DNA of 59,067 nt, counting the filler, from Platydemus manokwari (Eukaryota), in the NCBI GenBank assembly GCA_037951405.1. It is 5 parts of 5 records of this genome, joined end to end, with 100 filler letters (N's around TTAATTAATTAA, not from the genome) between each part and the next. Parts side by side here need not be neighbours in the genome. Positions count along the whole stretch, not along the records: positions 12,696 to 21,769 come from JBBMOY011303539.1; positions 21,870 to 35,687 come from JBBMOY011610296.1; 3 more parts are not named here. One strand, written 5' to 3'. This document shows, one piece after another, positions 13,529 to 24,271 of the stretch; within the stretch, counting starts at the first letter, position 1, and every line of letters starts with the position of its first letter. The position numbers and the translations under genes were made by a program. The notes below the pieces were generated by a model. The model was not told the DNA's origin, did not search any database, and was given only the letters and a program-made list of their open reading frames with translations.

Positions 13529-15144
13529 TCAGTGGTGATTCGAAGATCTTTTGACGAAACATTTTAATAAAATCTGATCGCTCGAGCACAGCGCTGGATT
13601 GGTCGATATTTCTTCCAGTTTTATAAATTGAGGGAAACCAATTCCTAGATTTCTCTCGATTGTTGGTTTCGTCCACGCTGTCCTATTAGAATCGGGACAA
13701 TTGGAATATTGTCTCGTCTGCGCCACATGAGCGAGGCCAGTATTTAGATTGATTAACGAAAATTCGACATAGTGTTTGAAAGGCCATTCGAGAACATCAT
13801 CGAATAGCCTCCTCATGATGTGAATAAAAATCGATAAATGAGTTCCTTTTCCATCGTCATCACCATTGGGATCTAACCGTAGACACATTTTATAACCGTT
13901 CCTATGAGAGTAGAAGCAATCGCTGTAGAGTGATTCGTCGATTCCAGTTTGTGCCTTCCTTTTATGTCTACCCATTTATCGATTTTCCAGATAAATTCCT
14001 CGCATTTCGTCCTGTCAAACATATCTCCCAACTCGATCGATTTATTTCTTAAATCTTTTATTGTATTTTTCATTTCATCGATTGATCGATTTATTTTCGA
14101 TGTTTCTGGTTTTATTTTATCAGAGCATTGTAAGTTGTCATCCAATTTGATCTCGAAATCCTGTTGAAATATCTCGTTAAATTATTGATTAATTATAAAA
14201 TTAACTTTTTGATTTTCCCATTTTGTTAATATCAAATCGATTTGTTGATTGAATTCATTGATGATTGGATATTGATTATTGACTTTCTTGACCAATTCTG
14301 AAATCTACACATAGATACAGTAAATCTATAGACTATCAATGAATTTTACTTGCTTATTCTTTTCATTGTTCACAATTTCCAGCTTTGATGTCAAATTTAT
14401 GTTTTGATTTTTCAAATAAACCATTTCTTCATTCAGCTTTTCTATTTCAATCCAATTGCTCTTTTCGCATTTCTGTAAATCTCGAATGATCTTCTCAAAT
14501 AATAAATATCAAACCGAATTCATCACAAGAGCATTTTACGTCAGTTTTATCTACAGTTATTCTCATTTTTTCTTTTAAATCGATATTTTCCAATCTCAAC
14601 TTATCCAAGCTCTTTTTCATTGTTTGATTTTCATTTTGCAAAATGTTTATCAATTTATCAATAGTTTTGTATGAGAATAAATTCTTGTCAATATCTGATC
14701 TCCAATTTTCTCGACCGTTAATTTGTCATTCTCACATCCAATCATGTTATATGGGCACCACACAGGTTCTTTATCACATATTCGTAAATGATTTTCAATC
14801 ATCTTCAATTTTATTTTTGCGTTGCAAGTCGATATTGGACACTTAACTTCTTATCTCGAAATTTTATTGTTAGATACATAGTCAAAACATATATTATCAT
14901 CAATCTCCTCATTTGAGCAATATTCTAAGTCTCCTGGACATGTGTTTTTATGCTCTTTCAAATATTCGTCTCTGCACACTTTACAACATCGACATCCACA
15001 AGGTCCAACATAAGAATTAATCAATATTTTCTTACAAATTGTGCACATAGAATCACTACCCATTTTTTCAACAAATCCGAGATCATATTGTGTCATTATA
15101 TTCCACATATTTTCCAAATTATTTCTTTCCATTTCAATATTCAA
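13529..15144 (-). pseudogene. TRAF-family adaptor (RING, TRAF zinc finger, coiled coil, MATH), disrupted as assembled
   Basis: RING CTICKKILINSYVGPCGCRCCKVC; in-frame TAA 14851-14853, then EVKCP..C..HLRICDKEPVWCPYNMIGC; coiled coil with two 45-nt GT-AG introns (14305-14349, 14161-14205); MATH FIWKID..SLYSDCFYSHRNGYKMCLRLDPNGDDDGKGTHLSIFIHIMRRLFDDVLEWPF with a 1-nt frameshift near 13971; further frame changes in 14480-14660. Confidence 0.9.
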
Positions 15145-15940
15145 TCTGTAACCATCAAAAGATAATCTTAATAATTAAATATTTTAAAATAAATGATGAA
15201 AAGTTTATCTAATTAATTTTTACAAGTAAAATAAATTAAAATATTATTTGATTGGTTTGAGTAAAATAATTAATTAATGAGTCTAAAAAATTAATGAATA
15301 TTTAAAATGTGAAAATGAAAATATACATCTAATTAATTCAACAAATATGAATATCTATGTTTATAATAATCAATAAATTGGCTTAGTTAAACAAATCGGT
15401 AATTATAGCAACTATCATTTAACCTTAGATGAAATTTGTTTCTTACAAAATATTTTTAAAATTCTCTTCTCATTTATTACGTGTTATCGAACAATTCTGG
15501 CATTAATAAAATTAACTATTTTTATAACCATAGACAAAAGCATTTCTCACTCAACGAGTATCGATTAAAAGCTTATCTGAAACAAGGGAATAATTAAATT
15601 TTAATTATTTATTGCTTTCAAATATTCACTAACACGTTTATAAATTTAATTCTATTAATTTCATTTAAATAATATGATAAAAGTCTAGTTTGGTTTTCAC
15701 TTTCTCTACTGGGATCTTTTAAAGTGAATCATTTACAAATATTTAATTTTAATCTAAAATACCATGAATTTGACGAAATATTTAAGATGGAAGTGTTTGC
15801 AAGTTGATAACGATGACATAATTTTGTTTACGTAAACACATTTATTTTATATCCGTTATTATAAAATCCATTATTGAGATTGATTAATGTGAAAGATCTT
15901 GTAGACTTTTAACGTTAAGAAAGGTTGCACAGCAAATGCT

Positions 15941-16052
15941 GGATTGATGATCGGAACCAAGATGTGTTATGAATTTAGTGAGAAAAGAATATGTACTAAA
16001 ATGCTACAAACTTTCTTGAAAGATATTCATGAATTATTGGGATCTACGGACG
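15941..16052 (+). pseudogene. truncated inverted copy of the TIR-domain C-terminus of the 19522-21174 gene
   Basis: GLMIGTKMCYEFSEKRICTKMLQTFLKDIHELLGSTD versus GMMIGTKIRYEFSERRIFTDTLETLLREIRGLLYSLD; TGATGATCGGAACCAAGAT and GAATTTAGTGAGA are shared at nucleotide level. Confidence 0.9.
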
Positions 16053-16349
16053 AACAATTTAAATCGACTTCATCTTTTCCAGTGGGAACTGATTCAGTGA
16101 ATTTTGGTTATATAAAAATGAGAAAGTTTAAAATAGCATAAAAAGTTTACAACCAAAAAGTTGCGTAGTTCCACTAATCTAAAATTTATTTTTAATCAAA
16201 ACTTTTATAAATACTTTGACACTAAAAGAAAATCAACGTGAAGCCTATTAAATGATCAAAAGCTTATAAGAAATACTTAAGGAGCTTTAAAATAAATTGC
16301 TTTCATGCGAGTAATTAGAAATTAAAGTTTAAATTTTGCGTGTTTCATT

Positions 16350-17025
16350 TCGCTGTTATACGACGAGAATTTCATTTATATCTTTTGATTTGAGAAATTT
16401 CAGGAAAGAAAAATAATCGAATGTTTATTTTTTAAATCAAAATTAGGCAAATCTCATTTTCTACGAATTTTTGAATGCCGTAAAGTGATATGATTTTCTT
16501 TCAACGTGTCAATATTGAGAGAATAACCTATTTATAGTTCAAACTATAAACAATAACTCAATCAAAATTTATTTTGTGCATCGACCTCATTTGTTTTCAA
16601 ATTGTGTCTGGCGTTTCTTTACTGTAAAAGATGCTTATTAAATTTATTTATATCAACGACGGCTTTGTATTTCAAACGTTAGATGTAATAAATATATTTA
16701 TATTGTTCCTTCTGCCTCCAATTAAATCAATAATTTGATGACTATGAAGCCGCTTTAATAGAAATGATTATTTTACTTGATTAATAATTTAAATCTGATG
16801 ATGTTTTGATGTTGATTCTCACTCGTTCTATTGAAGTCGGATCATTTTCTAGATGCGTAATTTAATTTATTTTAAAATTTAATTGGAAAAATAACGGATT
16901 TTCAGTACAACTGGACATAAATAACTTCCATTTCTGTCAAAATGCACATGGCGGCAACCTTCATGATTACTTTTTGATTTAAATAATGCTTCTATCTTTT
17001 AATATTCATTGATGGTGTCTTATTT
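16350..17025 (+). repeat. left arm of a diverged inverted duplication
   Basis: Collinear reverse-complement match to 18111-19090 (e.g. CCTCATTTGTTTT, AATCAATAATTTGAT, TCTATTGAAGTC, ATTTAAATAATGCT, ATTGATGGTGT). Confidence 0.9.
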
Positions 17026-17579
17026 GATAAATGAACCATTTGATTATTTTTATTCGGATTACATTACTGAATAAAGAGTTCTATTTTTCTACCGTACTTT
17101 ACATAAATAAAATTAATTAAAAAATTTTCCTACTAATTTAACATTCATATTAATATTGTTTTATACTTTAATACATCAATGCACGCACTGATTTTAATGG
17201 AATTAATACTTTTGGAAAAATGGGAAATATCCAACCACAACTGAGACACCTTATATTATTGGTGTCTTTTCATGAAATATCTATCTTACTGACGAGAAAT
17301 GAATGCTCATAAATTTTATATTTAAAATAAAGCAATAGATGGACTGAAATTTTCCGCATTTAAAAATAATTCCTAATTTTATCACGATAATTCTATTTTA
17401 TTTGGGAGCTTTTGTTTATTCCTTTCCACAACAAAATATTACTAATATTGTTTATTAAAAAATTAGTAGTTTGATCTTCATAAGTTTATTTTGTGTTTCA
17501 TACTGTTGAAAATTGTGAATAAATAAATCAACATCGTACCATAGAAACACATTTTATGAGTTTTAGACATATTGTTGTA

Positions 17580-17660
17580 TACAGTCAACCCTCATTAATC
17601 CGAAAAATTATAAATCGATTTTCTTTCGGATTGTGAATTAATTCGGAAAATGAAGGAATT
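17580..17660 (+). mobile_element. possible single terminus of a pogo/Tigger-like element
   Basis: TA followed by CAGTCAACCCTCATTAATCCGAA...TTCGGATT; no second end found. Confidence 0.3.
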
Positions 17661-18110
17661 TAAAATCTATATGATCGCATTATATACTTATTATCTTATT
17701 AATTATTATTAATAATTTAATTATTAAGCAGAGTCGCGATTGGATATTTCCAATATTTCCAAAAGTATTTATTTTCTATCGATTTTTTCGGAAAATCTTT
17801 GAGTGCATTAATGTATAAAAGTATGAAACAATATTAATATGAATGTAAAATTAGTAGGTAAATTGTGCAATAAATTTTATTCATGTAACATGTTGACAAA
17901 TTATGGAGATGTTTTGATGCTTGAAAATAAAACTCCACGAATAAAGTGCCATTTCGTAAAATGAATTCTTAATATAATCGGAGCTCAAAAAAATAAAATA
18001 TAAGTAAATTTAAAATCGATTGTCATAAATTTAATCAGACAACTTCAGTAAATCAGGGTACAGTAAATGTAATCCAAATAAAAATTATCCAATACATTAT
18101 TTACTCACAA

Positions 18111-19090
18111 AATAAAACACCATCAATAAATATAAAAGATAGATAAACAAAGACGTGGATAATTTCTAAGAAACTACTAACAACTGAAAGAGCATTATTT
18201 AAATAAGAAAGTAATCATAAGGCACTCGCCAAGTGTACTCTGCCAAAAGCAGAATTTATTTATCTCCAGTTTTATTGGAAATTCGTTATTTTTCAAATTG
18301 AATTTTAAAATAAATTATTATACACATCTGGAAAATGATTTGACTTCAATAGACCGAGGGAGTAGCGGAATCGAAAAATTATTTGGAGTTAAATTACTAA
18401 TAAAGTAAAATCATCGTTTCTGTCAAAGAGGCTTCATAATAATCAAATTATTGATTAAATGAGTGTCAGAAGAAGCATCATAAATAGATTAGTTACATCT
18501 GATGCCTGAAATACACAGCCACCTGGAGTCTTATTTAAGTCGTTGATGCAAACAAATTTAATAAACATCTTTCACGCTAAAGAAACGACAGACATAATTT
18601 CAAAACAAATGAGGTTAATACACGACATAATTTTGAATGAGTTATTGTTTATATCATGGATTTCCAAAGTGGGCGCTGCAATATGGTGAATACAAGCTCA
18701 TTTGGGGGAGATAATACTACAAAAATGTAAGAAAATGATTATTAAAAATTTTGATTCATCTCGTTTGCACAAAACGCTTAATTTGTCTTTAAATAACGTA
18801 CTGTACGTTCTCACTAATTTTTATTGAAGTATTGTTTCTACCTAATTTATATATCTTTTTAAAATTTGTTTATAAATTACTACTAAAAGTTAAAAAAATT
18901 TGGTGTAAGTTAGTTAGGGAGTCACTGGTTTATAGTTTGAATTATAAATAAGTTGTTTTCTCAATATAGAGAAGATGAAGGGAAATTATATTATTTAACG
19001 GTATTCAAAGCTGTAGGAAAATCAGATTTCCCTGATATTCGTTTTAATTTCATAAATCACAAGATACAAATAAAATTCCCGTCCTATAGA
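18111..19090 (-). repeat. right arm of the inverted duplication (contains the MITE)
   Basis: Reverse complement of 16350-17025 with extra segments of about 50 bp, about 20 bp and the 273-bp insertion. Confidence 0.9.
18655..18927. mobile_element. hAT-like non-autonomous element (MITE), 273 bp
   Basis: 8-bp flanks GTTTATAT (18647-18654) and GTTTATAG (18928-18935); decayed TIRs CATGGATTTCCAAA and TTAGGGAGTCACTG; the paralogous arm has an empty site with a single GTTTATAG (minus strand, about 16544-16551). Confidence 0.8.
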
Positions 19091-19521
19091 GTTCAAAAGA
19101 ATATTTCACGAGATTATACATATTTCTGAAAACAATAATAGAAACAAATATAATATAAAAAATAATCATAAAAATTTCATATTTCTTAAATAATAAATTC
19201 TAGTCATAATAATCCCGTACTAATATGGAATCATTTATAATAATGGAAAATCAAATGGCAAAGATTTTAAGAATGTGAGAAAATATCGATTAATAGAAGT
19301 GAATTGGAAAAGAAATAATAACTGATTGGTTTTCTCTTGAACCATCGCCAAAACATTTAATTTGTTGATAGTTGATTTATGACTATTATTAAATGATGCT
19401 GATAATTTTGCTATTCATTTATATTTTAAAAATTGAAAGAAAATGGGAACCAAATCCAATTCAGCATTTTATTTTCAAAAAGCAAATTTTGAAAAACAAA
19501 CCAGCACTAAATCTAAAACAA

Positions 19522-21174
19522 TTATAAATTTAATTCAGTAATGGCTAAGCTCAATTTCAGCATGTCAGTAAATTCCAATCCATTCTCGTTTGCCAATGTT
19601 CTACACACATAATCTGGAGATTTATTGTTTATATCTATCATTGATGTTAATAATTTTCCATCCATAAATGAAAATTTATATTTCAAATTATCTAATCCGT
19701 TTTTAATAAGCCACTGTGCGACATCTTCATTGGTCCATTTATAAACTTCATCCTTTTGCAAAGAATTATCATTTTTTATATTACCGGAATCCAATGAATA
19801 CAATAATCCACGAATTTCTCTCAACAAAGTTTCTAGAGTATCAGTAAATATTCTTCTCTCACTAAATTCGTAACGTATCTTGGTTCCGATCATCATTCCA
19901 AGCCATCCCGTTGGATTATATTTATACTCTAAAATTAATGGAATTGTCTTTCTATTTAATTTGTGTGCATATTCAGCTTCTTTTCGACAACTAGGACTTT
20001 TTCTATATGATTCAGAAATAGCCATCACAAATATTTCTGAATTATCAATACCGGTTGCCATAGCTTCAAGATTTGATCCTTTCGATTGATCTCTATCAAT
20101 ACACACCTTTAGATTGGATTTTACCAATTCATTGACAATCTTATTCACGATGTCTTTATTATCATGAGCATAGCTCAGAAAAATGTCGAATTTCCATTTA
20201 AAACACGAATCTTCAATTTCCGATTCTTCATCAGACGACTCAGATGACGATATATTGTTGAATTCAAGATAATTCAATATGTAATCACAAATATTTTGTA
20301 TATTTGACGATTGGTGATGGTTAAGTCTTTCGGTAAAATTTTGGAAATCAAATTCACTTAACAAAATATCCTTGATCTCTTTATCAAAAGAAAGATCCCA
20401 TAAAATCTCAAGACACTTTTCGATATCATAATCAATGTTAGTGTTGTTAATAATATCAAACATCAGACTGATTCCATTCTCGTTGACAAATGCTTTTCTC
20501 ATGCTAGCATTTATATGTATACTTCTTAATCCATTGACCAATTCGCCAATTGTAAATCCTACTATTTTTTCTTTGGTTTCTAAACTTATTTTGATATTTT
20601 TGAAAATGATTTTGATTATTTCTTGAGTTTCATTCAATAGATCTTTTTCATCATCATCATCATCTATTAAGAACGTAAATAACATTATCCCTAGCATATC
20701 CATTTTTTCGTTTATATTTTTTTTAATTATTTGAGCTAAAGCTTGCTTCATTTCATTATTTGCGAAAACTCTGGTACACCACGAGAATCGAGTAATATTA
20801 TAAATTACTGTTGTGACGTTTATTAGCATTTCGACAAATTCACTATCATCAAGTTTTTCATCATATAATTGTTTAAAAATATCCATCAAAACATTGGGTA
20901 AATTTGTTTCCACAATCTCTTCTGGTATTTCTTCATTATAATAAGTAATTTCAATTAAATAACTTAAACATGCTCCCATGGCACATAAAACATCATTATT
21001 GTTAAAATATCCTATTTTATGAAATTTTATTAGATAACTTAATGCAAGCTTTACAAACTGTTTGTCAATCAATACTTTAATTATTGTATTTTGATATTGT
21101 TTAACTTGTTTAAAGCAATCATTCAATTTTTGAAACAACATTGAAACAGCCATGAAATCTGTACTTGTCCACAT
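19522..21174 (-). CDS. ARM-like repeat, TIR and SAM-like domain protein (cytosolic TIR protein with SARM1-like domains in a different order)
   Basis: 550-aa uninterrupted ORF; helical ARM-like N-terminus (..EKCLEILWDLSFDKEIK..); acidic linker SSSESSDEESEIED; TIR FDIFLSYAHDNKDIV..VCID..AMATGIDNSEIFVMAISESYRKSPSCRKEAEYA..IPLILE..PTGWLG (about 20190-19810); C-terminal SAM-like VYKWTNEDVAQWL..MDGKLL. The frame is open about 34 codons upstream without ATG, so the start is uncertain. Confidence 0.9.
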   Translation of the reverse strand: MWTSTDFMAVSMLFQKLNDCFKQVKQYQNTIIKVLIDKQFVKLALSYLIKFHKIGYFNNNDVLCAMGACLSYLIEITYYNEEIPEEIVETNLPNVLMDIFKQLYDEKLDDSEFVEMLINVTTVIYNITRFSWCTRVFANNEMKQALAQIIKKNINEKMDMLGIMLFTFLIDDDDDEKDLLNETQEIIKIIFKNIKISLETKEKIVGFTIGELVNGLRSIHINASMRKAFVNENGISLMFDIINNTNIDYDIEKCLEILWDLSFDKEIKDILLSEFDFQNFTERLNHHQSSNIQNICDYILNYLEFNNISSSESSDEESEIEDSCFKWKFDIFLSYAHDNKDIVNKIVNELVKSNLKVCIDRDQSKGSNLEAMATGIDNSEIFVMAISESYRKSPSCRKEAEYAHKLNRKTIPLILEYKYNPTGWLGMMIGTKIRYEFSERRIFTDTLETLLREIRGLLYSLDSGNIKNDNSLQKDEVYKWTNEDVAQWLIKNGLDNLKYKFSFMDGKLLTSMIDINNKSPDYVCRTLANENGLEFTDMLKLSLAITELNL

Positions 21175-21769
21175 TGTTTTTAGTTGTTTAATTATATCTT
21201 TAACGAATTTAATTACTTCTTTTGAGCTAGAAGGTATTATCGAGTGTGATGAATCCGATGACCTTGAAACATTAATTTAATTTTTAATTGGAAAAATAAT
21301 TGAAATTTATATTTATAATCCTCAATTATAAACAATTCTTATTAATAACAATGTATCAATTATATATTATTAAAATTATCATGGCTTGAAAATCAAGACT
21401 ACATAAAATTATTATTGATTAATAATTACAATATTCAACCTCGAAACCATTGTGATATCAGTCTAATAAAATAAATTTGTTTTACTTAAATAATTTACAA
21501 TTTTATTCGCAACATCATTGTCGCTGTTTTCAAATTATTATATATTTAATATTGAATATTTTAATTTTCTAAAATAACAAAAAATACAAAATTATTTATA
21601 AATGTATAATAAATTCTTTTATGTTTACACTTATTAGATAATCAAATAGTTTGACATTCAAAGTGACCGATTTATTGGATATTAGCCATTGGTAACATGA
21701 ATATTAATAAAATAATATTTATGAAATAAATATAAATATCAAAATAATATCAATTCAACAAATAAATAT

Positions 21770-21869
21770 NNNNNNNNNNNNNNNNNNNNNNNNNNNNNNN
21801 NNNNNNNNNNNNNTTAATTAATTAANNNNNNNNNNNNNNNNNNNNNNNNNNNNNNNNNNNNNNNNNNNN
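21770..21869. other. assembly linker
   Basis: N44-TTAATTAATTAA-N44. Confidence 0.97.
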
Positions 21870-22375
21870 TGAAAATACAAGATGAAAGCTTAAACACAAT
21901 AAAATTTTAATTTTGGCATATATATTCATAATTGTTTGTGGTGATATATTTCTTAATGATAATTCTTCTGGATAATGTATTTTTGAACGAAATATATCTT
22001 TCGAATTAATATTTTATTCGTAGACAATTGTGATAGTGACAAGATAATAATTTTAGAGCTAAAAAATGAGAAAATTATTCATGAAAAACCTATTTGTGCA
22101 AATGTCAAGCTTTTTTAATTTATACTATTTTATGTCCCATACTGCGCGTTATGCTGTGTTTATTTTTAGTAATTTTTAACATGTCATTTATTCTATTTCA
22201 CCTTGACACTACCTGCTAATCTAGAGTTGATAAAATGGTTACTATTTTTAGGTTTTTATGTTTCTTATTCGTGATAAAGTATTTATTAAAATGTTATAAT
22301 GAATTATTATTAAATTATTATTAAATTTCAAATGGAATATTTTATACAATTTATTTGAATTTAAAGAATTCTTAC

Positions 22376-24271
22376 CGATAATTGTCGGAGAAGAGTATCA
22401 ATTCCATCCAATTCGCCTAACTTTTCTTGATTTTCTATTGAAACAATAGTTAAACCAAATTATTCTCAACATATTCAAGCATACATATATAAGATTAAAT
22501 TGAAAATTGCAAGAAAAATTGAGAACAAATTGAATTAATTAAATAATAAATAAATAAACTTCCGATAAATAAATTTCTCCAGGTAAACACTACATTTGAA
22601 AATTACAAATTTGTTATATTTTATCCTAAACAATTGCAGAGAAACAACTTGTAAAGGCCAATTATTTTAACGAAAAGTAATAATAACAATTGGTTATATA
22701 CCAATATCAATAAAGGAATACCAATAAAGCAATTTATCAATTAATCGAGAATACACTCAAAATCGATACACAAACAAATTAGACACGATAAGTTGCAAGC
22801 TCTTTTAAGTCTTATTTAACTTATTGATTTATTATTTATTTCCCATTGTTTGAAAAAGGATTCTCGGTTCATAATGTTTGTCCAGAAAAATTAAGTTATT
22901 TAAATTTTTTCATGTTTTTGAAAATCTGTCAATCCAATTAGGGCTGCCTTTTACTAACAGATTGTTTCGATTTTGTCGTAATGATTAGGGAGGTGTATAA
23001 TTTTATAATAAATAATATTAATCATTAACTTAAATGGCTTAGAAATACTTCATAACTTTGGATAAAAGATTAAAATCAATAATTGCTTTATTGGGAGATT
23101 TTTGAAAAATTAAATTAAAAAATTAATTAAAAAGAGTGTGATAAAAATATAATAAAATTTTAAAACAATGTGCTGCTAATGAGTCATCTTTTGAGTCAGT
23201 CATGCTCGTTATAAACCGTATTACAATAAATCTCACGCTGATTCAAACCTGATATAAGATCATAATTTAACGTTTCAAAAATTAATATTTATAATAATAT
23301 AATACTGAAAGCAATGAATATATAAAATAAATCAATACTTTAGTGCAATATGTTATTATATAAATGAGTTTAAATAAAAATATAACAACTCTACCTCTGC
23401 AATGAAGCAATAAAATTGCTAAAATTTCGGAAACATACAATTTGTTTTCATCGAAAGTTCGCTTTTGAATTCGTTTGAGAAGCCAACCCAGAAAATGTTG
23501 ATTAGCGATTTCGACTTTTGTCGATGGTAAAGCATCAGTGATATTTTCCACCACATCTAATTGATAATGAAAAATTATAGAAAACTAGAATGTTACTCAA
23601 AATAGAAAACACTCCATCGGCTTCATCTGGATCATTTTCATCGAGTTTTGCTAAAACATCGACACAGTGGGAAATCATTTTTCCTTCTAATAATTCACGA
23701 ATTAACTTTTCACCAATTACACCCAATGATGTTATATCATCTGGTTCCGTTAATCGTAAAATAAATTTAATAGCTCCTAATGAGATATCGGTGTTATCAT
23801 GAAGAATGAGAATCAATATGATGGCTATCATTTTGTTTGCCATTAGAACTTCATAATATTCTGGATTATTGGTGACTACCTAAATGATGGTTAACATTAT
23901 ATACAATAAGTAAAAATATTATTCAAATCATAATAATAAAATAAAATTACCATAAAATTATTTAAACTGTTAAATAATTCGACTTCACTGTCCATAAACT
24001 TCATCGGTTGATCCGAATACTTTGTCCTCATTTCTTGGTTAGCTCTAATCTTTTTATCAAGTTGAGTAAGAAGATGTTTAGCTTTTGTCTCATCCATGTC
24101 GAGCATTTCGTCGTCAATTCTTTCAACATTTTCTACAGAGTCTGATTTCCTCTTTTTTGCTGGTGGTTGATTATCTGATTTAATCTTTAATTTTTTAAAA
24201 GAAAATAAGAAATTATCATTAAAGAATATTAATAAAATTACAAAATCTTTGAAAACTTCATCTACATTCAT
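22376..24271 (-). CDS. CTNNBL1: beta-catenin-like protein 1 (Prp19/CDC5L spliceosome complex), 5' five exons, 3' part missing
   Basis: Exons 24271-24242, 24184-23951, 23879-23597, 23556-23395, 22434-22376; GT-AG introns of 57, 71, 40 and 960 nt; motifs NQEMRTKYSDQPMKFMDSEVEL, HDNTDIS, LDENDPDEADGVFSIL, WLLKRI..FDENKLYVSEILAILL, ENQEKLGELDGIDTLLRQLS match the family. Confidence 0.92.

Noticed and set aside
14851-14853. Stop-codon reassignment or programmed readthrough in TRAF
   Set aside because: TAA and TAG end intact genes in the window (TIR gene, GPCR, ATP synthase beta), and TRAF also has frameshifts, so decay or sequence error is simpler
19522-21174. Calling the TIR gene SARM1 or a bacterial Thoeris component
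   Set aside because: Domain order differs from SARM1 (single SAM after TIR) and the context is eukaryotic with no partner operon
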